Positions 1 to 13,275 are shown, counted from the stretch's first letter. The stretch is 64,000 nucleotides of DNA from Octopus sinensis (GCF_006345805.1 NC_043021.1:26536001-26600000), one strand, 5' to 3'. The notes: generated by a model from the letters alone, not told the origin. Program-made: numbers and translations.

Positions 1-830
1 TTAGTCATCACTCAGTTGATGCCTCTTCATTCAAGGTTTTGCTTCTATGAGTGGAATCTCTTCTCCAAATTTACTCTAGGGTCAGCTAAAAGAACTAGGC
101 CATCAGCACGGGCAACTGGTCTGAAACTGACATAACTTGGAGGACTCTAATGAACAGAAGTGACCTGAGGAATGAGTCCTGATGGACTCTTACCTGTGTG
201 CTAAATTCATCACAGACCTCACTGCTAACTTTCACCTTGCTGACTGTTACCACCTGTATGGCTCTTGCAAACCACTCAGTCTCCTAGTCTCCAACCAAAT
301 CAGAGAGTGCTAAACCCTATCAGAGCCTTCTCTTGATCAACAAATGTGATTAACCATATGACCATTATGCAAGAATCTGTTTTTCCTCCAACCCTCTTGT
401 CTCATATTTTAACCCTTCACTGCCAAGCTTTTTGACTTTTTCTGTGACTTTCATAACATCATCTAACAGTTTGGCACCTGTAGATTGTGCATCTCATTTG
501 CCCTTGTAGCAGTTTACAATGCTGCTACTGCGGTGCCACACCTGACTTGTTATGCTGGTGACCAGCTCATCAGAAATTTTAAATATCTTAGCTGTAATTC
601 TTGATGGATCTTGGAGCCTTCCCTACCTTCACATCCTTAATCACTCAATCCACCATGCTGCTGTCAAGTTAAATGACTGGTCCCTCTGTTGGGGGTCTGC
701 ATTGGGTTGGCCCTTTTGTCCCATTCATTCTCTTCATTCAACAACATTTCATAGTAACACTTCCCAAGCCCTTATTTGGTCTTGTCAATGCCATGTATCC
801 TTTTATCACTTGCATGAACTAAATTGGTGC
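1..830 (-). mobile_element. Decayed RTE-clade LINE ORF2 (reverse transcriptase) fragment, running off the left edge
   Basis: Minus-strand translation with stops and frameshifts gives SSIVNCYKGK, AKLLDDVMKVTEKV, TFVDQEKA (cf. FVDLEKAFDRV) and FSTQVRVHQDSFLRSLLFIRVL (cf. VGVHQGSALSPLLF), in the order expected for RTE RT. Confidence 0.85.
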
Positions 831-2107
831 TTTGGTATATAGGAAGCAGTGAATAACACATTCACTGATATTGCTGAATTCTTGCTGTGTTGTAAAAAAC
901 TCAGTGAATGCAACTGAAGTACCATTAAGTGAAAATCGCCATATATGTATCATACTAAATGTATATACACCATTGAAAAGTATGCGTGAAATGCATGTCA
1001 CTCTCGTGAGTCACTGCTGCAAGGATGTTCGCCTCAACCCAACATGTATTGTGACTTTAATGCATATCTATGACGAGATTTTTCCCTCAGACAAAACCCA
1101 CAGCATCATGCCTTTCAATGGTCTATATACATCAAGTATGATACGCCAATTGGTAGGTGTAGGGGGTGGAGAAGGTAAATCCAAACTGTCCCCAACACCT
1201 GTCACATAATTGTCGCTTAATTAGCAATTGATGTTGCTAAACCTCGAGTTGTATAGTTGCAGTCATCGAAATATCCATCAAATTCGATATGGGGCCAAGT
1301 GGATAATAATATACGTTGATGAATAAACTTTGCTAGTCGAGTACCATCCGCTTTATGTCATTGGATCGCGCTACTCTGTTACTATTGTTACAAGGCCTTC
1401 GAGGAAAGAAGCTATCCTGAAGCTGGCTCCGGTAAAAACCTGTTGTTATTTTTGAATATGTGGTGTAGTGTACGGTGACGCGTTCATTTCACTTCATTCA
1501 TTTGTCGTCAACCGTTGCTGGTACCTACCGAGGTATAACACCCGGTTATTTTCGTGACTCCGACACAGTTCAACGAACACATTTTACCCCATTACACACA
1601 CTGTTTCCATTTCCTCGCTCTACTGGTTTGTTGAGTAATAAACAAAAACAACGATCATTAATCGATAAACCAAGAAACGTTCTTCTTTCTCACAGATATT
1701 TCTGGATACAGGAGGTCCGTAATGTTTTATTCAAGAACCTCTGCTGTCGGCAAGAGATTGCCGCCTTTTGGGTTTCGAGGCCCTAAACAAATACAAAGTA
1801 ACTAAATTCAATGAATAATGAAAACCACCATTTGTTTTTATGTAACCTAGTGTCAGGTTTAATGTTATATAAACTAGTGTCATGTTATGTAATAATACAG
1901 TCTGAGGTCGTTCCCTCTTCGCAGCGTTGATTGTTAAACGTGTTTCCGTTATCTCGTAAACACGGGTTTATTGTAAATAGCTCGGGCTCTCTGTGTGTGT
2001 GTGTGTGTGTATTGTTTTCTCACTCTCTCCATTTCTCTTATTCTTAATATTCTTCCTTCTCATCCAATTGTTTTCTTCTTATTTCCCTCCCTTAATAATA
2101 TCACCAT

Positions 2108-2238
2108 CTTTTCTACTCTAGGCACAAGGCCCGAAATTTTTGGGGAGGTGGCCAGTCGATCAGATCGATCTCAGTACGCAACTGGTACTTAATTTATCGA
2201 CCCCAAAAGGATGAAAGACAAAGTCGACCTTGGCGGAA
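2108..2238 (-). mobile_element. SINE family B, 3' part
   Basis: Matches the many other family B copies in the window (minus-strand reading ...TCCTTTTGGGGTCGATAAATTAAGTACCAGTTGCGTACTG...GGGCCTTGTGCCTAGAGTAGAAAAG). Confidence 0.85.
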
Positions 2239-2695
2239 CCTCCCTAAATAATATTTAAAATGCCAACTTGGGACAGTTATTTATAACTTAAAACTTTCTT
2301 TATGGTTGAGCATCTGAATGCAAGTGGAACGCCTATAGCTGGGCTCCAATCTGCCATAGGAACGCCCATAGGAACTTTATTATAAACTCGTGGTTGTCCT
2401 TGTCTGGGCTAACTTCGCGTTTTGTTCAAAGATTTCTTTTAGTCAGGAGAGAAAGCAGAGCCCTTAACCCAGTTTCGGGTTCTCGAAGCAAGAAAAAGGT
2501 TTCCTCAAATCGCAGACTTTCGTCCGAATGATTGTATCAAATTGAATTGCGCTAAAGGAATCCCTACCCTGAAGGTACCGCCAAGTAGGCCATGGGTGGG
2601 ATTTTAACTCAGAATGTAAACAGCCGAAGCAAATACCGCAAGGCATCTGGTTCGACATTCTTGCACTTCTACCAACCCACTGTCTTTGGTTAATT

Positions 2696-3319
2696 ATCTA
2701 GTTAAAGCCCCCCCCCCCAAAAAAAAAACAAGTGTAAGAGGTGTACAAAATTGTGTATTAAACGAATATGAGAGCAAAAATTTGCACCAACGAACCGGGG
2801 ATGAGAAGAGGACTTTCGGAAAATTCACACGATCCGATTTTTTTCCTCTTAAATTTCAGAAAAATGGATTTCTTTTAATGAAATTTTATATAGATACCTT
2901 TCAAACGGCATAGATTACGATTATAAAGAAATACACACACACATCTATCTATCTATACATACATATACACACGCACACACAGATATATATACATACACAC
3001 ATATATACATATATATGCACACACACACCCACATATACATATATACGCACACACATACAGACATACGCGCACACACACACACACACAACTCCCAATCGGA
3101 GGAAGAAGTAATCTTCTAAGGTATTTTCAATGTTTTTTGTTCTTTCACCTTTACTTTGATTTCTACCCCCAGAAAGAAAACTCCATGGAATTCCATGGGG
3201 TACGGTACCCGATTCAGTCCCACTGCGTGGCATCTTGGGCAAGTGTCTTCTGCTATAGCCCCGGGCCGACCAATGCCTTGTGAGTGGATTTGGTAGACGG
3301 AAACTGAAAGAAGCCTGTC

Positions 3320-3370
<51 letters not shown>

Positions 3371-3417
3371 ATATATCTATATCTATGTATGTATGTATGT
3401 ATGTATGTATGTATGTA

Positions 3418-3465
<48 letters not shown>

Positions 3466-4099
3466 GTCCCCCTAGCATTGCTTGACAACCGATGCTGGTG
3501 TGTTTACGTCCCCGTCACTTAGCGGTTGGGCAAAAGAGACCGATAGAATAAGTACTGGGCTTACAAAGAATAAGTCCCGGGGTCGATTTGCTCGACTAAA
3601 GGTGGTGCTCCAGCATGGCCGCAGTCAAATGACTGAAACAAGTAAAAGAGTAAAAAGAGAGAGTATATATATATATTTGTCTATGTATATATATTTGTGT
3701 ATGTGTGTATGTATATATATTTGTGTGTGTGTGTATGTATATATATATATATATTTGTGTATATATATATATTTGTATGTATGTATATATATGTGTGTAT
3801 GTATATAATGTATATATATGTGTGTGTGTATATATGTATGTGAGTATATATATATACTGTGTTTTTCTTTATTATCATAATCTATACCGTTTGAAAGGTA
3901 TTTATATAAAATTTCATTAATGGGTACCCATTTTCCTGAAAGTTATGAGGGGAAAAATCGGATCGTGTGAATTTTCCGAAAGTCCTCTCTCCATCATCCG
4001 GTTCATTTGCACAAATTTTTGATTTCATATTCGTTTGATACACATTTTTTTACACCTCTTACACTTGTTTTTGTTTTGGTGGCCGGGTTTTAAGCTAGA
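2696..4099. repeat. Long inverted repeat pair (arms ~2696-2932 and ~3858-4099) around microsatellites and a family A SINE
   Basis: The reverse complement of 2710-2930 aligns end to end with 3860-4085 at roughly 80% identity by eye. Both outer ends carry CTAG. Confidence 0.85.
3213..3660 (+). mobile_element. SINE family A (bipartite: tRNA-like/CORE-like module, microsatellite spacer, second module), 5' truncated
   Basis: TTCAGTCCCACTGCGTGGCATCTTGGGCAAGTGTCTT...GAAAGAAGCCTGTCG, then (TA)n(TG)n, then ...CTCCAGCATGGCCGCAGTCAAATGACTGAAACAAGTAAAAG. The same layout recurs at 57108 and 58722. Confidence 0.85.
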
Positions 4100-4239
4100 A
4101 ATAAACCCTGTCTTCGAGTGTTTCTTTTTGATCGACCCCTCCCACTCCGCGAAAAAAGGATCGACTCTCGGCCGTACATTGAACCCGCAGCGCTGATAAC
4201 GAAGACTTCATCTTCATGTAATATAACTTTTAGACACAC

Positions 4240-4900
4240 ATCATCATCATCATTGTTCGACCGTGGTCGAGACAATGGAATTTACCATGTTGCGCCAGAC
4301 TTCACGGTCCATCATAGCATTACGGAGGTCCTGTTGCTGGATGCCTGTATCCCTGGAGATTACATCAGGGTAGGAGAGTGTGCGCCCTCTGGTGTTGCGA
4401 GTAGATGGCTTCCAGAGGAGAAGAGTAGAAATTACTTCTTTTTCAGCTCTACAACAATGTCCAGCAAACTGGACTCTCCTACCTTTCACAAGAGATGACA
4501 CAGGTGGTAATTTCCCATATATTTGCATTTTAGTTGGATGGCGCCTCCACGAGAGATTTTGAGCTCTCATAAGGAGGCGAGTGTAGGTTCCATCCAACCG
4601 CCTCTCAAGCTTCTTTGATAACGTCCAGGTTTCTGAGCCATATAGTAAAATTGGTTCGACTGTGGCTTTGAATATTTCAAGTTTGAAGTCTTTGATGACC
4701 AGATCTTATGCATGTCATTACAGGCTGACCAGGCCATACCCTTTCTAGTTAGAAAGTCTTTTCCAGATGATGATATGTATGAGCCAAGATATTTATAATC
4801 AGAAACCATATTTAAGGGCGCGTTTTTGAGAGTGTGGATGATGCAATCACTGTTGGACAGGCACTTGTTTATGTATTCAGTCTTGGTCATCTGATCAAGC
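4240..4900 (-). mobile_element. Young 5'-truncated RTE-group LINE (RTEX/Proto2-like), ORF2 C-terminus plus (TGA)n tail
   Basis: ORFs 4567-4890 and 4250-4597 join across one frameshift near 4690: KTEYI...DYKYLGSYI...KIWS / FKATVEPILLYGSETW...LDGTYTRLL...RRVQFAGHCCR...LLLWKP...DREVW. The tail is (TGA)4. Possible degenerate TSD AGACACACA (4232-4240) / AGACATATA (4901-4909). The sub-clade call is from memory. Confidence 0.88.
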
Positions 4901-5597
4901 AGACATATAAATCAAAACACATTCCATCCATGACATTCCGTCGCGAATATGATTCGAGGGATAGAGACTCTCCATCCCACGTGTCTCAGCATTTGAGCGA
5001 CTGTTAGTTTCTATTTCTATTCGCGCCATCCACATAGAGGCTTCTTCGTTGACTCGGGGCTAAAAATTGCTGCTGTTAAATAGCAATTTCTATACAGAAC
5101 CTGAATAGACAAACTGATAAATGATTTAAAACATTCCAGCCATGACCATCCCATAATTTTATCATTATCTAAAGCTTGTAACTTCTTTTATTACTAATTT
5201 CTAGGTAAAAAAAAAAATGAATGCCATTTTCGTCACCAGCAGGTAAAAAAACATCAAAACTACACTAAAAAAATAATCAGGTGAAAATTGAAAACCTTCA
5301 AATGGTTGGAAGAAATTAACAAGATCCCGTCTTTCCTTCTTTTAGATTAGGGTGTAATTCGAGGACGATTTGGCCGCTATTTCTAGCATGCCCAGCGACT
5401 GCGGATCTCCCCTCACCACCACCGAAAATAGTTTGTGTATATTGTAAATAAGATTATTTTGGGAAAGTCATTTTCGTAGAAATTAGGGTTAATTAGTTTA
5501 TTGTCCTGTAGTTAGTAATTAAATACTACAATTTATATTTGTTGCGTACGTGACCAGCACACACATATAATGTGTGTATTGTGTGTGTGTATGTATA

Positions 5598-6493
5598 TCT
5601 TTATATATATAAAACTGAGAATGTGTGTCTGTCTGTGTGTTTCCCTAAAACTTGAGAACTACACAACCAATTTCATTCAAATTTTACACATGCCTTACTT
5701 AGGGTCCATGTAGTATCATGGGAAAAAAATGTTCAACTTCTTGCCTAGAGCGAGCCCATAGCAATATCATATCTTCTCCACTATTTCAGTATTATGTGTT
5801 AAGAGGGAAACAAAAACGTTTCTCTATTTTATGTCAGATACTTTCACTTTAACAATAAAAATAATAATAACAATTGAATTATATGTAGTAAGTAATAATT
5901 AAAATCGAACTAAAGTAACATGACAAAAGTAAAAATAGCAATTGGTATAAAATTGCATCAATTGAATAAGTGGTTTTACATGAATGGAAATAAATTAAAA
6001 ATAAAATTAGCGTGCAGAAATGGAATAGTCCAGATGGATAATAAAAAATTAAATTAAAGAAAACACTATTGTCTATAAAGTATACAATGTAGAGAAAAAT
6101 ATTTGAACACCTGGAGGAAAGCACCTTCGAAAAGTGTCTTGGTCCGACTATGAAAGGTATCTAATCAGAGGCGGTAAATTCGCCACAATAGAAGCTAGGT
6201 TCGAGTCAACGGAGCGTGCAAGGGAGTACTCGACTCGAACTTGCAAAGTGGAAATATTTTATTTTTACCTTTATATCTGGGACGTAGGACGTCCCGGAAA
6301 AAAAAATTAAAATGTCCCCCCAGAAGTAGAGGTAGGCTGGATTGTAGCCACACTTCTATACAAGAAGGAGGACAAGATACAATTGATCGAAATTGCAAGA
6401 GACGGGCCTACAATTCCAGTCTGTTATATATTTTGAGTATTGTTATCACTAGCGATATCAAGATATAACTTTTTATTTTGTATTTTATGTGTA

Positions 6494-6531
<38 letters not shown>

Positions 6532-6610
6532 TGTAATATGTACACATATATATACACATATATACATGCACTAGCACTATGACCCGGCAACAACGGGTCT
6601 TTAATGCTAG
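5598..6610 (+). mobile_element. Non-autonomous Helitron-like element
   Basis: Starts A|TCTTTATATATATAAAA followed by a GTCT/GT microsatellite. Ends with hairpin GACCCG-GCAACAA-CGGGTC (6581-6599) and CTAG|T (6607-6610). No TSD; A|T insertion site. These are canonical Helitron termini. Confidence 0.75.
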
Positions 6611-6618
6611 TATAATAT

Positions 6619-6664
<46 letters not shown>

Positions 6665-7095
6665 ATATATGTATGTATGTAAAATGTTGCTTTCTCTGGG
6701 ACTTTTCCGCCTTCAATGATTTGTTTATTCAACCAATGAAGTTTACTCTCTCCCACCATAAGTAAATGTTTCTTTTTCTTGTTTTTCTTACAAATTGATA
6801 AACAATACCACATGTGTGTGTGTGTGTGTGTAATTCTTAAGCAAGAATATTATTGACAACGACTTGGAAATCTTGGCCGATGGCTTTCGAAGACACTTCG
6901 AAGTCACTGTCAGTAATATTCGTGTTTAAAAATAATAAATTTGTACTCTACAAAAAATATAGAGCAACCCAGCAGATTATGAATGTGAAATTGTTTTTCT
7001 TTTTATAATTGAATATAAAACAAACATATCTGTGTTATGTATATGTGCGTGTGTATATATATATATGTAATGTGTATCTGTATACACAGTGTATA

Positions 7096-7395
7096 CTCTT
7101 TACTCTTTCACTTGTTCCAGTCATTTGACTGCGGCCATGCTGGAGCACCGCCTTTAATCGAGCAACTCGACCCCGGGACTTATTCTTTTGTAAGCCCAGT
7201 ACTTATTCTATCGGTCCCTTTTGCCGAACCGCTAAGTAACGGGGACATAAACACACCAGCATCGGTTGTCAAGCAATGCTAGGGGAGACAAACACAGACA
7301 CACACACGCATATATATATATATATATATACATATATACGACGGGCTTCTTTCAGTTTCCGTCTACCAAATCCACTCACAGGGCATTGGTCGGCC
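7096..7395 (-). mobile_element. SINE family A, 5' truncated, CpG-intact copy
   Basis: Reverse complement of module 2 (7096-7300) and the 3' part of module 1 (7338-7395). Confidence 0.85.
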
Positions 7396-7434
7396 CGACC
7401 AATGCCCTGTGTATGTGTATGTGTATATATATAC

Positions 7435-7554
<120 letters not shown>

Positions 7555-7619
7555 CATACATATATATATATACACACACACACACACATATATGTGTGTG
7601 TGTGTCTGTATACACAGTG

Positions 7620-7656
<37 letters not shown>

Positions 7657-8277
7657 GTATATATGTATATATACATACATACATACATACACACGTGTGT
7701 GTGCGTGTGTAGTTTCTCACGGTTTTCCTGTGAACTCCTGGCTGTAATTAGTTTTGCTGCTGCCACTTCTACAACTTACCAACAGAGGAGCCTCTAGGTG
7801 GCATCTCAACCTGCTAGGAATAACAGCTAAATAATCCTAAAATCATGCTATACCCTCTTAAAAAAATAAGGAATACATATCGGACAACGTAATCGGTTAA
7901 TCTTAGATACACCGTGCTTAAGAAAATAATAATGATAATAAAGTGTGTATTGTGGGGGGAAGGTTTATTGATCGAAAGGTCTCTTAGGACTGACCTTGGG
8001 CTAAATAAGCACCATCATTGTTTTCTTTACTTTTTAATTCTAATTTCTTACTGATTTACTTCCATTAACGGGAACAGAGAAAGATCGCTTTCAAATCTTA
8101 ATTTAACCATTAACTAATTACCGCTATTTTAATGAAGTTTATAATTTATCTGGATGTGAAATGTTGAATGTATTTATTTGAGTCTGAAAAAAAAAAGGAA
8201 GAAAAGTTTGTCCTTGTTTATAAATAAGGTGGCCACCACAACATGGTACCCCTCCCCCTTGTTAAACATTCGAGAAA

Positions 8278-8408
8278 GGAATGGCAGACACTTCAGAGCG
8301 TCGAACAAAATATTTTGCAGTTATTTACGTACGGCGCTTTAAAGCTCCGAGTTCAAATCCTGCCGAAACCAAATTTGTTTTTCATCTTTTCGGAGTCGAA
8401 TAAATAAA
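8278..8408 (+). mobile_element. SINE family B, 5' part
   Basis: TGGCAGA...CCGAGTTCAAATCCTGCCGA (B-box-like)...TTTTCATCTTTTCGGAGTCGAATAAATAA. Confidence 0.7.
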
Positions 8409-9594
8409 GGGTAAAGTGGTCTCTTTGGTACAAAACAGACGGCACCACATACTAAACGATATGCTACATTCATCTAGTTTATAAAAATAAATCACCATTT
8501 TACATAAGTGATTGCTATGATTATTAATTAAACCGAGTTAATTAGCGTTTTATTGTATATTTTATAGTCATAAAAACAGCTCACTTAAGAATTTTTGCAG
8601 ACACTTGGGGATTCCATATGTATTGAATAAATAACAATTTCTGACCCGACGAGGGGGACCTGTTATTAATAACACTAATTAAACCGACCTAATTACCATT
8701 TTATTGTATATTTTGTAAATAATCAAACACCATAATTTCGGCTTTTTGTTGACATTCATGGATTCCATCATGTTTCAATGTTGTCCTTTCCGTTTCGGAA
8801 GGAGGTCGTTCTTTTCGTACAAACTGGGCATTTTTACTCGTTAAGGTCCCGTCAAGTACTGAGGTGAATGACATCGGCAAACGCCTTGTACTTTAATCAG
8901 AAACTATAATTGAATTTTATATAATTTCGTTTGTTTTTGGCCACATTTAGCCCGGAGATCTTTGATAGGGAGCTGGGTGGTGATGCTAGAGTAAATAGTG
9001 TCTTAATTTTAGCTTCTTTCTTTAGCACTAAAATGGATGAGATATAATTCTCAGCATAAAACCTGAAAGGTGCCACCGGCCAGCCTGTCTTAAGAAGCTT
9101 TTACCTCGCTTGTTTGTTTATTTCGTTACTTGAACGTTAGTTATTTCGGTGTCCCGCCCAGAGAAAGCAGACTTAGTGGAACATCCGCAAAGGATTTTGA
9201 AATACTTTATCCACTTGGATTATTATCTTACATCAGATTTATTGGAGGGAGGTGCGCAGAAAAGATGTGACGTTAATGTCTTTCCCAAGAGCGTTAACAA
9301 CGTAGATGAAATGGCTTTCGGGATGGGCTGGCATCCCTCTCTTGAAGTACATCCAATTTAGGCTCAATAGTTCAGGTACTTAAAGGGAGAATGCCTGTTG
9401 ATTTTACGAGAAATATTTGATATTTATTATTAATACAACAAACTGCATACTATAATAAATAATTATATTTTATTTTTGCATCAATTTATTATTATTATTG
9501 TTATTATTATCCCTTAATCAAACTAGTTTTAACTTTCATAAATATGGTTTTAGTCCTAGTATTTTGTCTCTGTTAAATTTTTTATTTAGCCATT

Positions 9595-9920
9595 TGTGAT
9601 TCTAGTCTTGGTTTCAGTTCCACTACTTGGCACGTCGGACAAATGTCTTCTACTATTGCTCAGGGCCGAATCTGCTTGCTAGAAAATTAAAGAAGTTTGT
9701 GTGTGTTGTGTTGTGTGTGTGTGTGTGTGTCTCCTTGTTTTGACATCATAAAATGATTTTAAATGAGGAACAACATCATTATAATAACAATGTCATTTGT
9801 TTCCAGTGTTTCTGGTCATGAGGTAACCTTGTTCAGAAAGAGATGAGGGTTAGTGACAGGAAGGATTTTGGTCATACAAAATCTGCCTGAACAAAATCCT
9901 TCAGAACCATGGCAGCAGGG
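9595..9920 (+). mobile_element. Decayed family A module 1 joined to an RTE-like tail module
   Basis: TTCAGTTCCACTACTTGGCACGTCGGACAAATGTCTTCTACT...(GT)n...GTGACAGGAAGG...CCATGGCAGCAGGGAAAA. The same variant occurs at ~30085-30425, ~30650-30880 (-) and ~39005-39420. Confidence 0.6.
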
Positions 9921-11711
9921 AAAATTGGGCATTAAAACAATTATATTGAAACAATATGAAAATTGGGTGGGGGAGTTTAGAAAGTGCAAACAAACGAGAT
10001 CGGTAATTAAATAAAGGTATGCACATCTCCTTAATTATACATTGCTCTAGGTGACACCTCAAAACACTTATGGCATTATCACAGGTGATATTGGTGAGGC
10101 TGAGGCTCTGGGATGGACTGTTACATTCCTGAGCATCATCCGACGTTTGTAGGGGCTGGATTGCCAACATCCACGTAAGTTGTCTTGCTTCTCTGAATAC
10201 CTTGAAATTCACAGGTGGCAAAATATAATTTACTGACAGATTACAATATTTCAGTGTCCTGTTCCATTTATCTACTGATGTAGTGCCCCCACCATCCCAC
10301 TTTGGGCCTCCACTACAGCATTAAGGACAAATGAACAGGATAAGGCATTGAAATATGATTTCTCTGTTAATTATATCACATGGAACGGATGAGTCATAAA
10401 CTGTGAGGTCCTTTATGAGGCATCTGATTGTAGTCTAAGGGGCAAAAAGGGACTTGATGAGGTCATTCATTGGTCTCTGGATACCCCATTCTGGTAACAG
10501 AATCGAGGGGGCACTTACACAGGTTGGAGCTTGTTTAATGATTTAAAATGATTCCATTGTGGTGTGTGTGGTTTGCATTTAGTTGATGTCAATCCATGGA
10601 GACTCCTGGAATTGAGGGACTTCCCATAATGATGCCTCATTCTTCAACATACATCAGTTCTGACTCTGGAGGCAATGGACATATGAAGCTTATCCAGGAT
10701 AATTAAACCACCGATGTTTGCCCAACACAAAGGGTTAACCCAATCTCATGAAAGTTGGTAGCACCTTGAGTGCTGATCAGATAAATCAAGAGAAGTGTTC
10801 TTGGCAACATCTGTTGCATTTTGTCAAAATTTACCATTATGATTCTTATCATTGTAGTTAGTTATTTATTTCAGTTTTTTTTTTCATATGATATACTTGG
10901 AGACATCATTAGCATGGTTTCCTAGGGTTATAGGGCATTTATTGATCCTTCATCAATCACACACCATCACTCTGATATCTCTGTCAGTATTGGCTAACGT
11001 CCAGTTTGTGTTCAGATAGCACTACCACTCCTATGGCTCACACCTCCTGCAGTACAACCACCGTGAAGCAACCTCTGCAGAAGGACTGATGCTGAAGACC
11101 CTGCATTCCACCTTCATGGGATCACACCTTGTTTTGTCCTTGGTACCTACCCTCGGTTCTATTACACAAATCTGCTATTTTTAAAGCAATATGGATTAAA
11201 ATCTTCCTTCAAAATTCCATGTTAATTCCTGCTTCATGTAGCAGCTTAATAATGAGAAAATCATTTTTCTAAATTCATTATTATTTTCTACGTTGAGACA
11301 AGGCAGAGTATTTCAAGAGAAATATGGTAAGAAAACGGTTAATAGTTCAGGGCTGTGTTTAGCAAGATTTTCAATTCTCATATTGTCTCACTCTCTTGTC
11401 TCTTACCTCGTACCTGTATGGAAGACATCAAATGATTATGATGATGATAATGATGATGTTTCAGTACTATGAATAGGAAAGCTTATCACCAATTATTAGA
11501 TTGAAGCAGGGTGGGGTGGGTGTGGGGTGATATAAGGAATGTGTTTTGTTGGCTTGTTTGTGCCGAGTTGAAAATCTTCCAAACAGACTTGGATTTGATC
11601 CTGACACCTGCACACCAACACACACCCACCAGTTCTCTATCATATCATTTAAAGGATTAGTAATCTATGCATAGGTTTTAGTCAGTATGACTTAGGATAA
11701 GGTGTTTCATC

Positions 11712-11935
11712 ACCATCATCATCATCATCATCATCACTTATCATCCACTTTCAATGCTGGCATGGGTTGGATAGTTTGACAGAATCCAGCAAGCCAGAGG
11801 ACCATGCCAAGTTCTACTGTCTGCTTTGGTATGGTTTCTATGGCCGGTTGCCCTTCCTAATGCCAACCACTTTACAGAGTGGACTGGGTGCTTTGTACAT
11901 GGCACCAGCAAAGTAAGGTTAGTAAATAACTGACA
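11712..11935 (-). mobile_element. Family D: RTE 3'UTR-type short copy with (GAT)n tail
   Basis: (TCA)n...ATCCACTTTCAATGCTGGCATGGGTTGGA...GCCCTTCCTAATGCCAACCAC matches the 3'UTR of the RTE at 32715-33262. Confidence 0.8.
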
Positions 11936-12374
11936 AGACAAGACCTCTCAACCGAAGTGGGGTGTAGTATTGAGGGAGGTGGCTCTGTGCCAGGAGATGA
12001 GAGGTCAGAGTATGAATAGAGGGGGGTGTCTTGCAGTAAAACGGATATGTGGTTATTTCAGTTGGAAAAAAATGAGAGGAGAATGGATAATAGGACAGAA
12101 TTCATTGAAGCAGATCATCTCTGGTTGGATGCACTTTCTTTTGCTAGCCTTCACCTGTTACCAGGTTTGGTAAAAAATTTTCCCATGGCTGGAAATATTT
12201 TCATGGGAGATTGGAATCAAACAACACTGCTTGTATGATGGTGACACTCATTTACAACTATTGCATGACGTCAAGCCACAGCAATGCTAACACACACAGC
12301 TATGCACACTAATACACACTTGTACATACATACATACATACATACATACATACATACGTACATAGATACAATGG

Positions 12375-12505
12375 GCTTCTTTCAGTTTCCACTCACAAGG
12401 CTTTGTTCAGTCTGCAGTCATCATAGAAGACACTTGCCCAAGGTGCCATGCAGTAGCATTGAACCCAGAACCATGTGGTTGGGAAGCAAGCTTCTTACCC
12501 ACACA
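12375..12505 (-). mobile_element. SINE family A module 1
   Basis: AGAAGACACTTGCCCAAGGTGCCATGCAGT...GAACCCAGAACCATGTGGTTGGGAAGCAAGCTTCTTACC. Confidence 0.8.
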
Positions 12506-12911
12506 GCTTATTATTATATATTGCCAACTGTGTATTGTATAAATTGGTTTCTAATATTCCTTATAATCTTACAGGTTCCATTCCATTTATTGATGGGGGG
12601 GTAAGGACTTTATTTTTTCCCCCAAAAATTAATGTAATTTCTAGATAATCTTTAAATCACTAAAGATTTTTTAATAAATATTTAAACAACTTGTGTTAAT
12701 GTTTGGTTGTTAAATGCTTATATTGACTTCATGTAACTTTAGTGTAATATTTTAGTGTGTGGATTTGTCTTAAGAAAAAGAGGTTAGGGTTTCTTGGACT
12801 AAGAAATTCAATTCAGATGAAGCCGATGATTTATTTTGACAAAAAAAAACTGAAAAAATTCTTTAATTATTCCTCTGAAATATTTTGATTTCTGGTGATT
12901 CCATCCTTAAA

Positions 12912-13275
12912 CCCTTTCTATTGAAATGCACTGCTTTTGTTTCAATTAATTTCGAAAATAATTAGGAATTTACTAAAATAACCATGTCGTTATCAAGCTA
13001 GAGTTTGGAACATAAATCAAGAGGAAATTTTAACGGAACCTTTAAATTCAGACCATTTCAATCGTTTTATTTCTTGTGGAGTACATTGTCTTTGTTTCAG
13101 TAAGTTTTGAAAGTAATGAAGAATTCAATAAAATAGCTTTGTAAGGATTAAGCTGGTGTTTGGGATATAAATTAACCTGAAATTTTGAAGGAATGTTTTA
13201 ATTTAGATAATTTGGAAGCACAAAATTTTTACCAAAGAACTAGGGGCCGTCTGAGATGGGTTGGTATCAAAAGGG
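12912..13275. mobile_element. piggyBac-like (TTAA) non-autonomous element
   Basis: Termini TTAA(A)CCCTTT...AAAAGGG|TTAA. Related decayed copies lie near 11140-11345, 34720-34915, 43620-43820 and 62130-62300. Confidence 0.5.
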
